A stretch of DNA of 64,000 bases from an uncultured Gemmatimonadales bacterium (lineage in GTDB: Bacteria; Gemmatimonadota; Gemmatimonadetes; Gemmatimonadales; Gemmatimonadaceae), in NCBI GenBank assembly GCA_963793305.1, contig CAWBZV010000014.1, forward strand, positions 174,932 to 238,931, given 5' to 3'. The position numbers and the translations under genes are program-made. This document shows, piece by piece, positions 10,069 through 21,491 of this stretch; the first letter of the stretch is position 1, and every line of letters starts with the position of its first letter. The notes beneath the pieces are model-generated. The model was not told the origin of the DNA, ran no database searches, and was given only the letters and a program-made list of their open reading frames with translations.

Positions 10069-12565
10069 GCCGATGGAGCACGGGGTCGGTGTGGAGAAAG
10101 TAGGGCCACGCGCCACGGTCTCGCGACTCGCGCACGAGCGCGGCGCCGTCGTCCGGTCGGCCCAGGAGCACGGCAATGCGCGCGCGATAGAATGAGGACC
10201 CCCAGCTGCCGCGGTCCGCGGGCAGTGATGCCAGCCAGGCATCCGCTGCCCGCGCCGTTCCCGTGTCGCCGCTCGCGGCCGCCAATCCACCCAGTGTGCC
10301 ACGGAAGTCGACGTTCCCCGTATCCTCGGCCACGAGCGTGCGCGTGAGAGCGAGGGCGGGGGCGAGCGTTCCCCGCAATTCGTTCAACCACACCTTGAAC
10401 GTCCGGAACTCCTGCGAGTTGCGTGTTCCCGCAGGCTGGGCGTCGATCCACGCGATAGTGCTGGCAGCCGCCTCACGCGCCGCCGACGTGTCCCCATGCA
10501 CCATGAGCTCGCGTGACCCGTAGGTGCCGATCCAGGCCGGAGTGCCAGTGAGCTCCGTGCGGCCATAGGTATTGGGACCCAGACCGGAGCCAAGGCTGGG
10601 CTCGGGTGGCAGTGCGAAGGACGCATCGAGCTCGCGCAGCACTTCCGCGGGCCGGTGCAGGCCCGCCAACGCGCGGACGCGGTTAAAGATCTGGTCGAGG
10701 GTCTCGTGGGAGATCTGGTGGTTGGCGGCAACCAGCTCCGAGTCGTGCTGGCCCAAGAGGTGATAGGCCTCGCAGAGGTCCCCCCAATAGTCGATGTGGT
10801 CCGGGGTCGGCAGCCAGTCCAAATCTGTCTGCGGGTTCATCCGCAGCAGCGCCTCGATCGCCAGCGCCGGGCGATCGGCCCAGAGCGCCGCACCCGCGGT
10901 CGACACTTGCATCGGTGATGAGGGCGGGAGGGCGCGGCCTCGTTCGATCACGAGTCGCAGCTGCTCGTCGTTGCGGCCGTGACAGTGCGCCACCGCGATG
11001 CGGAGCGTGAACCCATCGACCGGTTCCAACGCGTGGCGATGGAGACGGGGCAGCGCGGCAATCGAGTCGACCGCCACGCAGTCACCCAGTCGCGCCGCGG
11101 CGGTGGCGAAGCCGATCGTCGACCCGTCGAACGTGGAGTCGACCGCCATCGACACCGCGTAGAGCGATTCGGCGCGGACGGGGTCGCCGAACCAGAACTG
11201 GTCGTGGCCCGCGATGTACGGACTGTACGCTTCGAATGGCGGAGGCGGGACGCTCGCGTTCCACGCGGCCGCGAAATGGGGATCCAGTATCGAGGCGACC
11301 GAGGCCAGGACACGCGAACGCGTGGCTTCAACGCCATCGGCCGGCCGCGCGAGGCTCGACGCCAGCGGCCCGACGCTGCGCAGGACGCGGGTCGATGCGA
11401 CATCGATGACCGACGCGATGAACAGGAGGCTGTCGCCAGAGCGATAGTAGCTGCCGGTGATGAGCGTACTGGCCCCGTTCCGGCGTGCCAGCGCAATCGG
11501 TTCGATGGGCTGCCCCGCCGATGCGTGGACGCGGGTGAACAGCACGCGTGGGTCGACGACCTCGATCAGCTTCGTTTGCAGGATGCTGCGAGTGATCCAG
11601 TCCACGACCATGTCGCCGACGGGGTCGAGGCGGGGGTCGCCGGTACGGTTTTCGAAGACCGAGACGATGAGACGAGGGTGCGGGTGGGCAGACGCCGACG
11701 GCGCCCGTGCCAGCACCCCGAGCATCGCGAGCGCGACCACGCCCGCCGCTCCCGCCATGGGCCACCAGCGGCGCCGCCTCCGCTGCGGCGGTATCGCTGT
11801 CGCCGCCTCGGCCGGCGTGATGTCCACCGGGGCGGCGCTCCGGGCGCGCAAGCGCTCGAACAGCGCTCGTGCCTCCGCACTCGGCTCGGCGTCGAGCTCC
11901 GCTTTCAATCGCTGCGTGAACGTCTCGTACAATCGCAGGGCTGCACTGCGGTCGCCGGCTGCATCGAGCGCCAGCGCTGCCTTTTGCAACCAACCCTCGT
12001 CGAACGGCGCGAGCTCACCCGCCCGCAACGCGGCGCGGGCGGCGTCGGCGTGACGCCCCTCGCGCATGGCGGTGTCGACCACGGCGCCGAGTGCGCGCAG
12101 CGCGAGCTCGCGGGCGCGTGCTCGCTCGCGAATGATCCAGTCCTCGAACGTCTCGCCGGCATTGCTGACGTGAAATCCGTCGAGCAGCTCGCCGCGGTAC
12201 AGCCCAGCGGCTTCGTCGTAGCGGTTGGCGGCGACGGCATCGCGCAGCGCGACGACATCACACCAGAGTTTCGCGCCATCGAGCTTGATCTCGTCGTCCC
12301 CACGACTCGCGAAGACGTTGTCGCCCAGCGCGAGACGCAGTTGATAGAGCGTGTTGCGAAGCGCGCGCCGCGCCGCGAACTGATCGAGCTCGGGCCAGAA
12401 CACCGCCAGCAGACTGTCGCGCCGGTGGTACACGTCGGCGCCGATGGCCAGGTACGCCAGCAATGCCAGCCGCTTCGGCTGTGCGAGGAGGGCGCTCGCA
12501 TCAGTGCCGTCGGCGCGCGAGATCTGAGGCGCGCCGAACAGCGCGAGGCGTATCACGGTAGCCAC
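10049..12565 (-). CDS. SARP/BTAD transcriptional activator with TM, TolB-N-like and TPR regions
   Basis: QPKRLALLAYL, LYRGELLDG, EDWI; TM at ~265-285; FENRTGD motif. Confidence 0.85.
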   Translation of the reverse strand: MATVIRLALFGAPQISRADGTDASALLAQPKRLALLAYLAIGADVYHRRDSLLAVFWPELDQFAARRALRNTLYQLRLALGDNVFASRGDDEIKLDGAKLWCDVVALRDAVAANRYDEAAGLYRGELLDGFHVSNAGETFEDWIIRERARARELALRALGAVVDTAMREGRHADAARAALRAGELAPFDEGWLQKAALALDAAGDRSAALRLYETFTQRLKAELDAEPSAEARALFERLRARSAAPVDITPAEAATAIPPQRRRRRWWPMAGAAGVVALAMLGVLARAPSASAHPHPRLIVSVFENRTGDPRLDPVGDMVVDWITRSILQTKLIEVVDPRVLFTRVHASAGQPIEPIALARRNGASTLITGSYYRSGDSLLFIASVIDVASTRVLRSVGPLASSLARPADGVEATRSRVLASVASILDPHFAAAWNASVPPPPFEAYSPYIAGHDQFWFGDPVRAESLYAVSMAVDSTFDGSTIGFATAAARLGDCVAVDSIAALPRLHRHALEPVDGFTLRIAVAHCHGRNDEQLRLVIERGRALPPSSPMQVSTAGAALWADRPALAIEALLRMNPQTDLDWLPTPDHIDYWGDLCEAYHLLGQHDSELVAANHQISHETLDQIFNRVRALAGLHRPAEVLRELDASFALPPEPSLGSGLGPNTYGRTELTGTPAWIGTYGSRELMVHGDTSAAREAAASTIAWIDAQPAGTRNSQEFRTFKVWLNELRGTLAPALALTRTLVAEDTGNVDFRGTLGGLAAASGDTGTARAADAWLASLPADRGSWGSSFYRARIAVLLGRPDDGAALVRESRDRGAWPYFLHTDPVLHRLTALPR

Positions 12566-12636
12566 TGTCTCCTAATAGTCTCCGACCTGCTCACCAGTGG
12601 CGACCCCGAAGATGTCGTACGGACCGTCCCTGGCCT

Positions 12637-13377
12637 CATTTGGGCAGACTATACAGCACCTTCCCGTTCTCGTCCAGAAACTCGAGCGTGGCGACGTTCG
12701 AGGAGTCCACCGCCATCCGAATGCGAGGCTTCCCCTTCGTGTCCATGAGGAGGACGGCCGCGTCGTCGTGCTTCGTGCGGCCGACGAACACGCGTTCCGT
12801 GAAGTGCCCCATTCTCGGTCCCGTGCTCCTTGAGCAGTGCTTGCATGGCGTCTTTCTTCGGTTGCCCGTCGCTCATCGTTTGCACCTTCACGAGCCCGCG
12901 GACAAGGTCGGCGGTGAGGGGGACGTTCGGCTGATCCCAGACCTCGAATGCGGATTCCTTGTAGTCGCCTTCCTGGCTATGGCTCATGCCAATCGCCTCG
13001 TTCTGCCGATAGTTGTCGAACCGGATCGTGCCGCCGGCGACCGGTTTGCCGTCGACCATCTTCCCGCTATACACGAGGCCGCCGTCCTCGTCGCCCTCGT
13101 CATTGAAGAAGATCATGCCGGCGCCATCGCGCTTGCCATCGCGGTAGGAGAGGTCCACGCCGGCGATCGTGCCGCCGGGCATCCGATCCGTGTTGGCGAT
13201 CGCCAGCCGCAAGTGGCCGTCCTTTTCACGGATATTGATTCGCTCGGCGTCGATCTCGGTGAATTTGGCGCTCCCTGGACCCTTGGCGGCGACGAAGATG
13301 AGAACGCCAAACGCCAACGCGGACGTATACGCGTACGCTTTCAGGAATCGCAGCTCCCGCTCGATCTTGCTGTCCAT
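12637..13377 (-). CDS. Hypothetical membrane-anchored protein (frameshift near 12795)
   Basis: FTEIDAERINIREKDG, GMIFFNDEGDEDGGL; C-terminus KGKPRIRMAVD..LEFLDENGKV in a shifted frame. Confidence 0.7.
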
Positions 13378-13426
13378 TTTGCGCGGCCTCCGCCTGGGAT
13401 TGGTAATTGTACGGACAAATAAGACT

Positions 13427-13916
13427 TCACTCCCGGGCGCGTGCTGTCCAGAGCCACATCCCGCTCATCGTGTCGATGGTGATGGGATGGCCGAGCAGGC
13501 GGGCCTGCACCACGATCTGTCCGCGATGGTGGCCGTCGTGGACCATGTAGTACGTGAGGAACTGTACGGGTTGGTGCGTGGACCGTCCGACGCGCCCGCC
13601 GCGTTCGAGCGCCGGCTCCAACACCTCCAGTACCGCTCGGCGCTTGGCCATGAGCGCGCGAACGGCGGCGGCCTGCGTCACCGTGTGCCGATCGAGCTCC
13701 GGCGGGACGGAGACTTTTGGCGCGGCCCGGCGCAAGTACACCAGCGCGCAGTTGTGCATGTGGGCCACGATCGCGGCGATCGTGCGCATCTTGGGCGCCG
13801 GCGGCTTCGCGCGCCAGAACGTCCGGGTCGAGTCGCTCGACGAGGTACGCGTTCACCCGCGCGCTCGCCGAGTAGGCGCCGAGTAGCTCGGCCGTAAGGT
13901 CAGGATTGGTGGGCAT
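13427..13916 (-). CDS. DinB family protein (frameshift near 13820)
   Basis: TIAAIVAHMHN, HDGHHRGQ. Confidence 0.82.
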
Positions 13917-13990
13917 GACCCGAATTTATGCGCTCTGGTTGTATGCGACTTGCGTAAGGCTGCTCCCGTTGACTCATCACGGGAGTGTCC

Positions 13991-15040
13991 ATGGTGTCCG
14001 CGGTTCCTCGTCGGTCTGCGTCGCTTACGGTGTTTGTCACGTGTACGATCGCCATAATAGCCGCTTGCTCCGATTCGGCGGCGCCACCAATGGCGTCATC
14101 GATCCGAGCGTCGGCCGCCGCGCTACCGGTCGTGAATGCGGTCGTGCGTGTGCTGCCTGGACTCGATGGAGCACATCCGCACGGGATCGACGAGTTCGAT
14201 GAGGTCGTTGGCAGCACCGCGGCGAATGTGCCGTTCTATTGGAGCCCGTCGCTCGGGTTGGTTCTGTTGCCTCACCCCGGGTTTGCGACGGGGCAAGCGG
14301 CGACGATCAACGACCATGGGGCGATGTCGGGTACTCTCGGCGGGAGTACGGCCATCGTCTGGATGCCGTTACACACTGGCCAGTTTCGCGTGTTCCAGTC
14401 ACCAGCGTCGCAAAATTGCTCGGCGTCGGTGCTGACGTGGGGTGGCGAGCTCGTTGGGACGTGCGTCGCGACGAATGGCACCGCGTATGGAACGATATTC
14501 AACTGGCACGGGGCGCCGACCCAGACCTCAGGGTACGAGTACAACGACCTCTCCGGCGACGGGTATCTCGTCGGGGCGCAAGACGACAATGGTGTGCTGA
14601 CGGCGCCGATTGTTGTCTTGCCGAGCGGCCAGGTGACGGTGTTGCATGGGGTCGATGGTGCGATACACAAATGGGCCGCTGTCAATGCGGTGGCCGAGGG
14701 TGGGTACCTCGCGGGCTACAGCACCGAGGCCGGGTGCACGCAAGCGGTCGTGTGGGGTTTGTTCACCTCGGGGCACGCGACATGGCCCGAACGTTACCTC
14801 GACGTATGCGGCGAGGCGAACGGCATTACGTCAGACGGGTATGTCGTCGGGACATCATTCTCCGGCTGGGCTTTCCTCTGGTATGAGGAGCCGGGGCCGG
14901 GCTTGCAGCGGCTTCCGGGGCTCGGGCAAGCCGGCGAGACCAGTACAGCCGTGGCGATCTCACTGCATCATGCGCTCGGCACGATCACATCGAATGGTGT
15001 GACGCACACGGTTATCTGGAATCTGCCAAACCGTACGTGA
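13991..15040 (+). CDS. Hypothetical lipoprotein with HAF-like extracellular beta repeats
   Basis: IAAC lipobox; repeated A..IND.G.VVG-type units. Confidence 0.65.
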   Translation: MVSAVPRRSASLTVFVTCTIAIIAACSDSAAPPMASSIRASAAALPVVNAVVRVLPGLDGAHPHGIDEFDEVVGSTAANVPFYWSPSLGLVLLPHPGFATGQAATINDHGAMSGTLGGSTAIVWMPLHTGQFRVFQSPASQNCSASVLTWGGELVGTCVATNGTAYGTIFNWHGAPTQTSGYEYNDLSGDGYLVGAQDDNGVLTAPIVVLPSGQVTVLHGVDGAIHKWAAVNAVAEGGYLAGYSTEAGCTQAVVWGLFTSGHATWPERYLDVCGEANGITSDGYVVGTSFSGWAFLWYEEPGPGLQRLPGLGQAGETSTAVAISLHHALGTITSNGVTHTVIWNLPNRT

Positions 15041-15884
15041 CGCCGTCGATGTACACACTCTTGTTGTCGGTGAACGGATAGAACGCGAGCACGCGTTGCA
15101 CGGCGCCGCCGTCGCCATCGAGCTCCAAGGTGTAGCCGGACACCTTGTACGCGCCGCCCAGGTTCGTGTTGCCGCGGCCACGCGAGGTGGTTGTCGTGGT
15201 GACCTGGCCGTTGCTGCCGGCGGATGCGCTGCCGCTTCCATGCTGATCCTGGTAGGAGCTCGCGCTTACCGCCGAATCCGCCGCCGGCTTGCACGGCTCC
15301 AGTGCCGGCGATCACGCCCGAGCTGCGGGCGAATCGCCCGTTCTGGGAGAATGTGATGGTGGCGGATGTGTTGTACGAGCCCATGCCGCCGAACCTCGTC
15401 GAATTGCGGTGAATCAAGTTGATCTGCAGCGATGCGCCCGCTGGCAGCGGGCGCACGCGGTCGGCCTCGAGTTTGGTCCACTGACTCGACCCATTCTGGA
15501 TCAGGATATCGCTTCCCGATTGCTTCCAACGATGCCACTTGGCCGGCTCTCGTTGTTTGGAGGCGACTTCATCGAGTTGCTCGGGCGGTACCGTGAGGCC
15601 CAGATAGGCCCAGCCATCGGGCAGCAGGAGATCGGCCGACTCGACGTAGGCGTAGCCCGTGGCCGTGGTCTGGCCGCGGCCTTCGTGCAAGATCACGAAA
15701 CTCGAATTGCGACTCGGTGCACGCGGCGCGGCAGCCGTGCCACCGACGATCCTGCCGGCGGTCCGGACGTAATCCACGGCGGTCGCCGCGGGCAGGTTCG
15801 TCACGACGGCGCAGGGATGGGTTGTCCGCGGACCGAGGCGAGTGGCAGCGCGAACAGCAGAAAGAGGGCGTTTGGCGATCGCAT
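15012..15884 (-). CDS. Hypothetical secreted protein (two apparent frameshifts)
   Basis: Signal MRSPNALFLLFALPLAS, core LLLPDGWAY, C-terminus GAYKVSGYTLEL in a third frame. Confidence 0.55.
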
Positions 15885-15939
15885 AGGCTTCTTGGCTACA
15901 TAACGACCGCCTCGGTCGGATCATTATTTCGTCACGATT

Positions 15940-16722
15940 CTAGTAAGATGGCCCCAGCTTCTCCATGAGCTGCGCCCGGCGATTCCGGCTGACAGCGAGC
16001 GTGGTGCCGTCGAGGAGCACCACGGTCAGACCTCCGATCGGGTGGCGAAGCACCTCACGCACGCGGCGGAGGTTGATAATCGCCGAGCGGTGAATGCGCG
16101 TGAAGGCGGCGCAGTCGAGCTGTGCCTCGAGCAATGCCAGCGTCGCCCGCATGATGTGACGCCGTCCGTTGACGTGCAGCACCGCGCAATAATCGTCGGC
16201 TTCGATCCAGTCGACCTCGCTGGCAGGGATAACGATGTCTTTCCGTCCCACCCGCACCAGGAGTTGGTTGGTCGTCGGGGCGGTAGCGGTCGCGTGGTCG
16301 TCGAGCAGCGCGCGGAGTCGTCGCTCGAGGTCCGTGTCCCGCGTGCGCGTCAGCGCGTCGCGCGCCCGGTCGAGTGCCTGCGCGAAGCGATCGGCGGCGA
16401 CGGGCTTGAGCAGATAGTCGATCGCCCGTACGTCGAACGCGCGCACGGCGAAAGCATCGTACGCGGTCACGAAGATTACCGCCGGCATCGCCGCCGGACC
16501 GACCGCGCGCAGCACGCCGAAGCCGTCGACCTCGGGCATCTGTACGTCGAGGAACACGAGATCGGGTCGCCCACCGCGAATCAGTCGAATGGCGGCGTGA
16601 CCGCCGAGGGCTTCGCCGGCGATCTCGACGTCATCGTGCTCGCTGAGCAGCGCGCGCAGGGAAGCGTTCCCGAGGGGCTCGTCATCGACGAGGAGCACGC
16701 GAATCGGCCGGCGCCGACTCAT
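15940..16722 (-). CDS. LytTR family response regulator
   Basis: VDDEPL, FLDVQMP, FVTAYD, DYLLKP, RIHRSAIINL. Confidence 0.93.
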   Translation of the reverse strand: MSRRRPIRVLLVDDEPLGNASLRALLSEHDDVEIAGEALGGHAAIRLIRGGRPDLVFLDVQMPEVDGFGVLRAVGPAAMPAVIFVTAYDAFAVRAFDVRAIDYLLKPVAADRFAQALDRARDALTRTRDTDLERRLRALLDDHATATAPTTNQLLVRVGRKDIVIPASEVDWIEADDYCAVLHVNGRRHIMRATLALLEAQLDCAAFTRIHRSAIINLRRVREVLRHPIGGLTVVLLDGTTLAVSRNRRAQLMEKLGPSY

Positions 16723-17750
16723 GTGGATTGGCGGAGCGGGATCATGATGTCCGCCTGCACGCCGCCCCCGGCGGCGCGCCCGAGATCGAGGCATCCGTCC
16801 GTGCCGTAGAGCGCCGCGAGACGCGCACGAGTGTTCTTGAGACCGACGCCCGTCGCGCCGTCCAATGTCCAGCCGATCGGCAGCCCGGGTCCGTCGTCGG
16901 TCACGCGCAAGTGCAGCCGCTTGGACTCCGCGAAGGCTTCGATGCGCACATGGACCGGGGCTTCACGTCGGGCGACACCATGCCGAACGGCATTCTCGAC
17001 CAACGGTTGCAGGACCATGCTCGGGACGAGGGCGTTGCCGACGCCGTCCACGGCGCCGACCGAGATCGTCAAGCGCTCACCGAATCGCGCGCGCTCGATC
17101 GCCAGGTAGCGGTCGAGCAACGCCAACTCGTCGCGCAACGGAATCTCCTGGCTCGCGGTGTCCTGCAGCAGGTGTCGCAGGAGCTCGCTCAGGTGCGTCA
17201 GGACTCGCACGCCCTCTTCGGGCTCGCGTGCTCGGACGAGGCCTACCGCGGCGTTGAGGGCGTTGAACAGAAAGTGCGGATGCAACTGCGCGCGCAGGGC
17301 ACTGAGCTGCGCTTGGGCCAGCTCGGCTGACAACGTCGATGCGCGGCGCAGGTTCTCGACCGCATACCCCGCGACGAGGATCGTCACGTACAGGATCAAC
17401 GAAAACGGGAACCAGTCGGCGAGGAGTGGGCCGAAGTCCTGCTGTCCGCCCCACGTCGCGGCGATGACCGCAACGTGGATCGTGATGGCCATCGCACACG
17501 CAACCACGTGCACGAGAATCGCCACCGGACGCACGGGGCGCCGCAGGGGGAATCGCTGGGCGAGCCACAGGATCGCTGGCGTCAGGAGCACCCACACGAA
17601 CCATCCTGGCGCGTGGTGCAGAACCACACGCCAGAGTGGCGTCGGCGTGCCTTTGAGCCGATCCCTCACGTACGTGCCCGAGACCTCGGCGAGCGCGGCG
17701 ACCGACCACACGGCGGTGATCGTCAGCATGGAGAGTCGGCGTGCGCGCAT
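16719..17750 (-). CDS. LytS/YehU-type membrane sensor histidine kinase
   Basis: TM helices, AQLHPHFLFNALN, LQPLVENAVRHG, GVGLKN. Confidence 0.92.
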   Translation of the reverse strand: MRARRLSMLTITAVWSVAALAEVSGTYVRDRLKGTPTPLWRVVLHHAPGWFVWVLLTPAILWLAQRFPLRRPVRPVAILVHVVACAMAITIHVAVIAATWGGQQDFGPLLADWFPFSLILYVTILVAGYAVENLRRASTLSAELAQAQLSALRAQLHPHFLFNALNAAVGLVRAREPEEGVRVLTHLSELLRHLLQDTASQEIPLRDELALLDRYLAIERARFGERLTISVGAVDGVGNALVPSMVLQPLVENAVRHGVARREAPVHVRIEAFAESKRLHLRVTDDGPGLPIGWTLDGATGVGLKNTRARLAALYGTDGCLDLGRAAGGGVQADIMIPLRQST

Positions 17751-17890
17751 CGTGCCGAACAATGGCATGAAGGCCCGGGGCGCGCTACGCAAATGCAGCG
17801 AGTGACACTGGCCGTGCCGTCGGCGGTGCGGTGTGGGCGACTCGCTGCAGGGCCGGACTGGAGCGCGATAGCGCTCCGTACGTTGCCGCC

Positions 17891-20236
17891 ATGCTGCTTC
17901 TCCTCATCGCCGTGTTGGATAGCATTGCTCCCGCACGTGTGTACGATGGCCGCGCGAGAGCGATCACGGTCGGAGTGCCCCGTCTCGATACCGCCGTCAC
18001 CGTCGACGGCACGCTGTCCGCACCGGTCTGGCGGCAGGCCGCGCTGCTCACCGGATTCTCCGAGTACAAACCCGTCGATGGCGTGCCGGCCGAAGACTCC
18101 ACGCAGGTCCTCGTGTGGTACTCCAAGGACGCCGTCTACTTCGGCATTCGGGCGTACGAGCGACACGGACCGCCGCACGCGACGCACGCCAACCGCGACA
18201 AGATCGACGGTGACGACAACGTGCAGCTCATCTTGAGCCCGTTCATCCATTCACACCAAGCGCTGGTGTTCGCCGTCAATCCGTACGGCGTCCAGGAAGA
18301 CGGCACGATCACCGAAGGCGTGGCGACGACGATCGGAAGCACGGGGATCCCCAACGCGACGGGGCCCGATTCGGTCGACGTGAGCCCGGATTTCGTGTAC
18401 GACTCCAAGGGACAGCTCACGCCGTTCGGGTATCAGGTCGAGGTCCGGATCCCGTTTCGGAGCATCAAGTTCCCGGCGCGATCGCCCCAGGACTGGGGCA
18501 TCAACATCCTGCGCAAGATCCAGCACTCGGGCCACAGCGACACCTGGTACCCCACGAAGCTGGCGGCCGCGTCGTACCTCGATCAGGCCGGTGCGCTCGC
18601 CGGCCTGCACGACCTCGACGCGGGGCTGGTGTTGGATCTCAATCCTATCGTCACCCAGAAGGTCATCGGCAATCCCACCTCAGGTCCGCCTTCGGGCTGG
18701 GGCTACGACGCGGCACGTCCGCAATTTGGAGGGAACGTGCGCTGGGGGATCACGTCGAACCTCCTGCTCAACGGCACGTATCGGCCGGATTTCGCGGAGG
18801 TCGAGTCGGACGCCACGCAGCTCATCCTCGATCCCCGGATCGGCGTGCAGTACCCGGAGAAGCGCCCGTTCTTCCTCGACGGATTGGAGCAGTTCAATAC
18901 GCCGAACAATCTCATTTATACGCGCCAGATCGAATCCCCGATCGCGGCATCCAAACTGACCGGCAAGGTCGGCAACGTCTCGCTCGCCTACCTCGGCGCG
19001 ATTGACGAGGAGGACCAGGGCGGCCTCGATGGCGGGCACCCGGCCATCAACGTGCTCCGTGTTCGCGACGACTTCGCGCAGGGCTCACAGATCGGCGCCG
19101 TACTCACCGACAAAGAGGCCGGCGGGAGCTTCAACCGCCTCGTCGGCGCCGATTCCCGCATCACGTTCGGCCAACTGTATACGGTCAACCTGCAGGCCGC
19201 CACGAGCCTCACGCGCGATGCGGGGTCGAGTACCGCGGGTCCGCTGTGGGAGGCCGACTTCACCCGCACCGGACGCGCGTTCTACCTGAAGTACCGTCTC
19301 AAGGGCGTCGATCCGGAGTTTGACGCCGCCAGCGGCTTCATTTCGCGCGGCAATGTCGTGGAGGCGATATTCGACCAACGATACACGTTCTACCCGAAGC
19401 ACTCGTTCCTGGACACGTTCGGCGTCGGTTTCTACTCTTACGACAACTGGGGCTACCGGAACTTCACCTCGTTCCATGCGCCCTTGGAACGAGGATATCA
19501 GCCGTACGTGATGGCCACACTCCACGGCGGCTGGCAGATCCTGTACCAGTTCGACGAGGGGTTCTACGGCTACGACCCATCGATCTACCGCAATTATTAC
19601 CTGGGCCACATCGGCGCCCACGACACGACTTACACACACTTCCCCGGCGGATCTTCGCTCTGGAACATCGATCACATGCTCCAGGTCACGACGCCGACGT
19701 TCGCGCACGTCGATCTGTCGATGCTCCAGCTCTATGGCAACGACTTCAATTTCTTCGAATGGGCGCCGGCCTATTTCTGGTGGACGTCGCTGACCCTGAA
19801 TTACCGGCCAACCGCCAACGTGCGCGCGCAGCTCATGTACAACGCGCAGATCTACTGGCGGCGCGACGATAACTCGATCGCCGGCAAGACCCTCATCCCG
19901 CGGCTCGACATCGAGTACCAACTCTCGCGACCCATTTTCTTCCGGGTCGTCGGACAGTACGACGCGGCGTATCAGAATACGCTGCGCGACGACTCGCGCA
20001 CCGGCTTGCCGATTTTTCTCTTGAACCCGGCGACCGGGACCTATTCGCGGGCCACGGCGTTTCAGAGCAACCAGCTCCAACTCTCGGCGCTGTTCGCGTA
20101 CCAGCCGATTCCCGGAACCGTCGCCTTCGTCGGCTACGGCAACACGTTGACCGAGCCGAATGGATTCCAGTTCAACCCATTGCGGCGGGTCGCCGATAAT
20201 ATCTTCGTCAAGTTCAGCTATCTGTTCCGGATGTGA
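17891..20236 (+). CDS. CBM9-like/DUF5916 outer-membrane protein
   Basis: VDGTLSAPVW, FAVNPYGVQ, PDFAEVESD, PEKRPFFLDG, C-terminal FVKFSYLFR. Confidence 0.82.
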   Translation: MLLLLIAVLDSIAPARVYDGRARAITVGVPRLDTAVTVDGTLSAPVWRQAALLTGFSEYKPVDGVPAEDSTQVLVWYSKDAVYFGIRAYERHGPPHATHANRDKIDGDDNVQLILSPFIHSHQALVFAVNPYGVQEDGTITEGVATTIGSTGIPNATGPDSVDVSPDFVYDSKGQLTPFGYQVEVRIPFRSIKFPARSPQDWGINILRKIQHSGHSDTWYPTKLAAASYLDQAGALAGLHDLDAGLVLDLNPIVTQKVIGNPTSGPPSGWGYDAARPQFGGNVRWGITSNLLLNGTYRPDFAEVESDATQLILDPRIGVQYPEKRPFFLDGLEQFNTPNNLIYTRQIESPIAASKLTGKVGNVSLAYLGAIDEEDQGGLDGGHPAINVLRVRDDFAQGSQIGAVLTDKEAGGSFNRLVGADSRITFGQLYTVNLQAATSLTRDAGSSTAGPLWEADFTRTGRAFYLKYRLKGVDPEFDAASGFISRGNVVEAIFDQRYTFYPKHSFLDTFGVGFYSYDNWGYRNFTSFHAPLERGYQPYVMATLHGGWQILYQFDEGFYGYDPSIYRNYYLGHIGAHDTTYTHFPGGSSLWNIDHMLQVTTPTFAHVDLSMLQLYGNDFNFFEWAPAYFWWTSLTLNYRPTANVRAQLMYNAQIYWRRDDNSIAGKTLIPRLDIEYQLSRPIFFRVVGQYDAAYQNTLRDDSRTGLPIFLLNPATGTYSRATAFQSNQLQLSALFAYQPIPGTVAFVGYGNTLTEPNGFQFNPLRRVADNIFVKFSYLFRM

Positions 20237-21444
20237 TGCGGCGCAAAGGCGAGCAGCCAATGCACGAGCAGCGCGGGCATCGCGATGAGCAGCACGGCGA
20301 TGGCGTACTCGGTGCGCGAGACGCCGACGCCGAACGGGAACCATATCCCGGGAATATGCAGGAGCGAGATCTCGGTCGGGAAAAGCGACATCGCCACCAA
20401 CACCACGGCGGGTACGGCGAGCCACGCCTCGCGGCCCTGTTGCCGTACGCCAACAACGGTGATGGCGATCAAGAGCGCGGCCAACGCGAGCCGCACGACC
20501 TGCGCGAACGTCGCGGCGTGCGCGTACTGCGCGATCATCAAGAGCGCGGTGAGTACGCCGATCGCCGCCGGGGTCCACGCGGGGCGGCGCACGCCGAACC
20601 ACCCACGCCAAGCCATCACCCACGCGCCAGTCATGAGTGGAATCAGCAGGGTGACCGTGACGATATCGAACACCGGCCGACTCTCGTACGGGAGCCAGAA
20701 GAAGACCGCCTGGTTCTCGCGGCGCGCGCCGATGAGGAGCAGCGCCACGATGAGCCACCAGTCGCCTCTATCGGCGGTATCGAACTGCATCAGGATCAAC
20801 ACCACGAGCGCGACGGGGATGAACCCGAGGCCCTCGACGCAGTCGACGATGTACCCGTTGAACTTCTCCAACCACTGCAGATCATACTGCGCCCTCACCG
20901 CGGCCGCCCGGCCCAAAGCGGGCGCGATGCGGATGCCGCCGCCGGACGGATCGCCGATCAACGCACGCGGTCTGGCCCATGCGCGAATGGCAATGACCAC
21001 GGTGTCGGACGCATGTGAGAGCGCGAACAGGTGCGGCTTGGTGTTGTACATGGTCGGCGGCGTGGTCGAGAAGTCGCCCGCGCCGCCGGCGAGGCGCCCA
21101 TCGATGAAGAGCTGATACGCGTCGTCCACCTGCAGGGGACCGAGTACGGCGAGCGTGTCGGTCAGCGGCGCGGTGAGCACGACGCGCGTGCGATACCACG
21201 CGAACCCCGTATACCCCGCGTGTCCCCGCGCGCCCCAGCCGTTGACCCAGCCCTTGAGTCCTACGTCGCCATCGTGCGCGTCGGGCGATGGCGGTGTGAG
21301 GTCGACGGCCTCCCACGCGGCGTCGTCGAAATGCGGATCGGCCCACGCCGCGTCGTCACCCGTATGGAATTTCCACTCGGTGAGCGTGACAATGGCGTGT
21401 CCGAGCGTAACCGATCCAGCGAGGACCAGCGACAAGGCGAGCAT
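20218..21444 (-). CDS. Galactose-binding-like (GH2 N-terminal) domain plus ~7 TM helices
   Basis: WKFHTGDD..WA...FDD..W, GFAWYR, VDDAYQLFIDG, then hydrophobic helices. Confidence 0.72.
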   Translation of the reverse strand: MLALSLVLAGSVTLGHAIVTLTEWKFHTGDDAAWADPHFDDAAWEAVDLTPPSPDAHDGDVGLKGWVNGWGARGHAGYTGFAWYRTRVVLTAPLTDTLAVLGPLQVDDAYQLFIDGRLAGGAGDFSTTPPTMYNTKPHLFALSHASDTVVIAIRAWARPRALIGDPSGGGIRIAPALGRAAAVRAQYDLQWLEKFNGYIVDCVEGLGFIPVALVVLILMQFDTADRGDWWLIVALLLIGARRENQAVFFWLPYESRPVFDIVTVTLLIPLMTGAWVMAWRGWFGVRRPAWTPAAIGVLTALLMIAQYAHAATFAQVVRLALAALLIAITVVGVRQQGREAWLAVPAVVLVAMSLFPTEISLLHIPGIWFPFGVGVSRTEYAIAVLLIAMPALLVHWLLAFAPHHIRNR

Positions 21445-21491
21445 GGCGCCAGTATATCGCGGTCGGCTCGCTCCTAGCTAGATTGGGGGCC

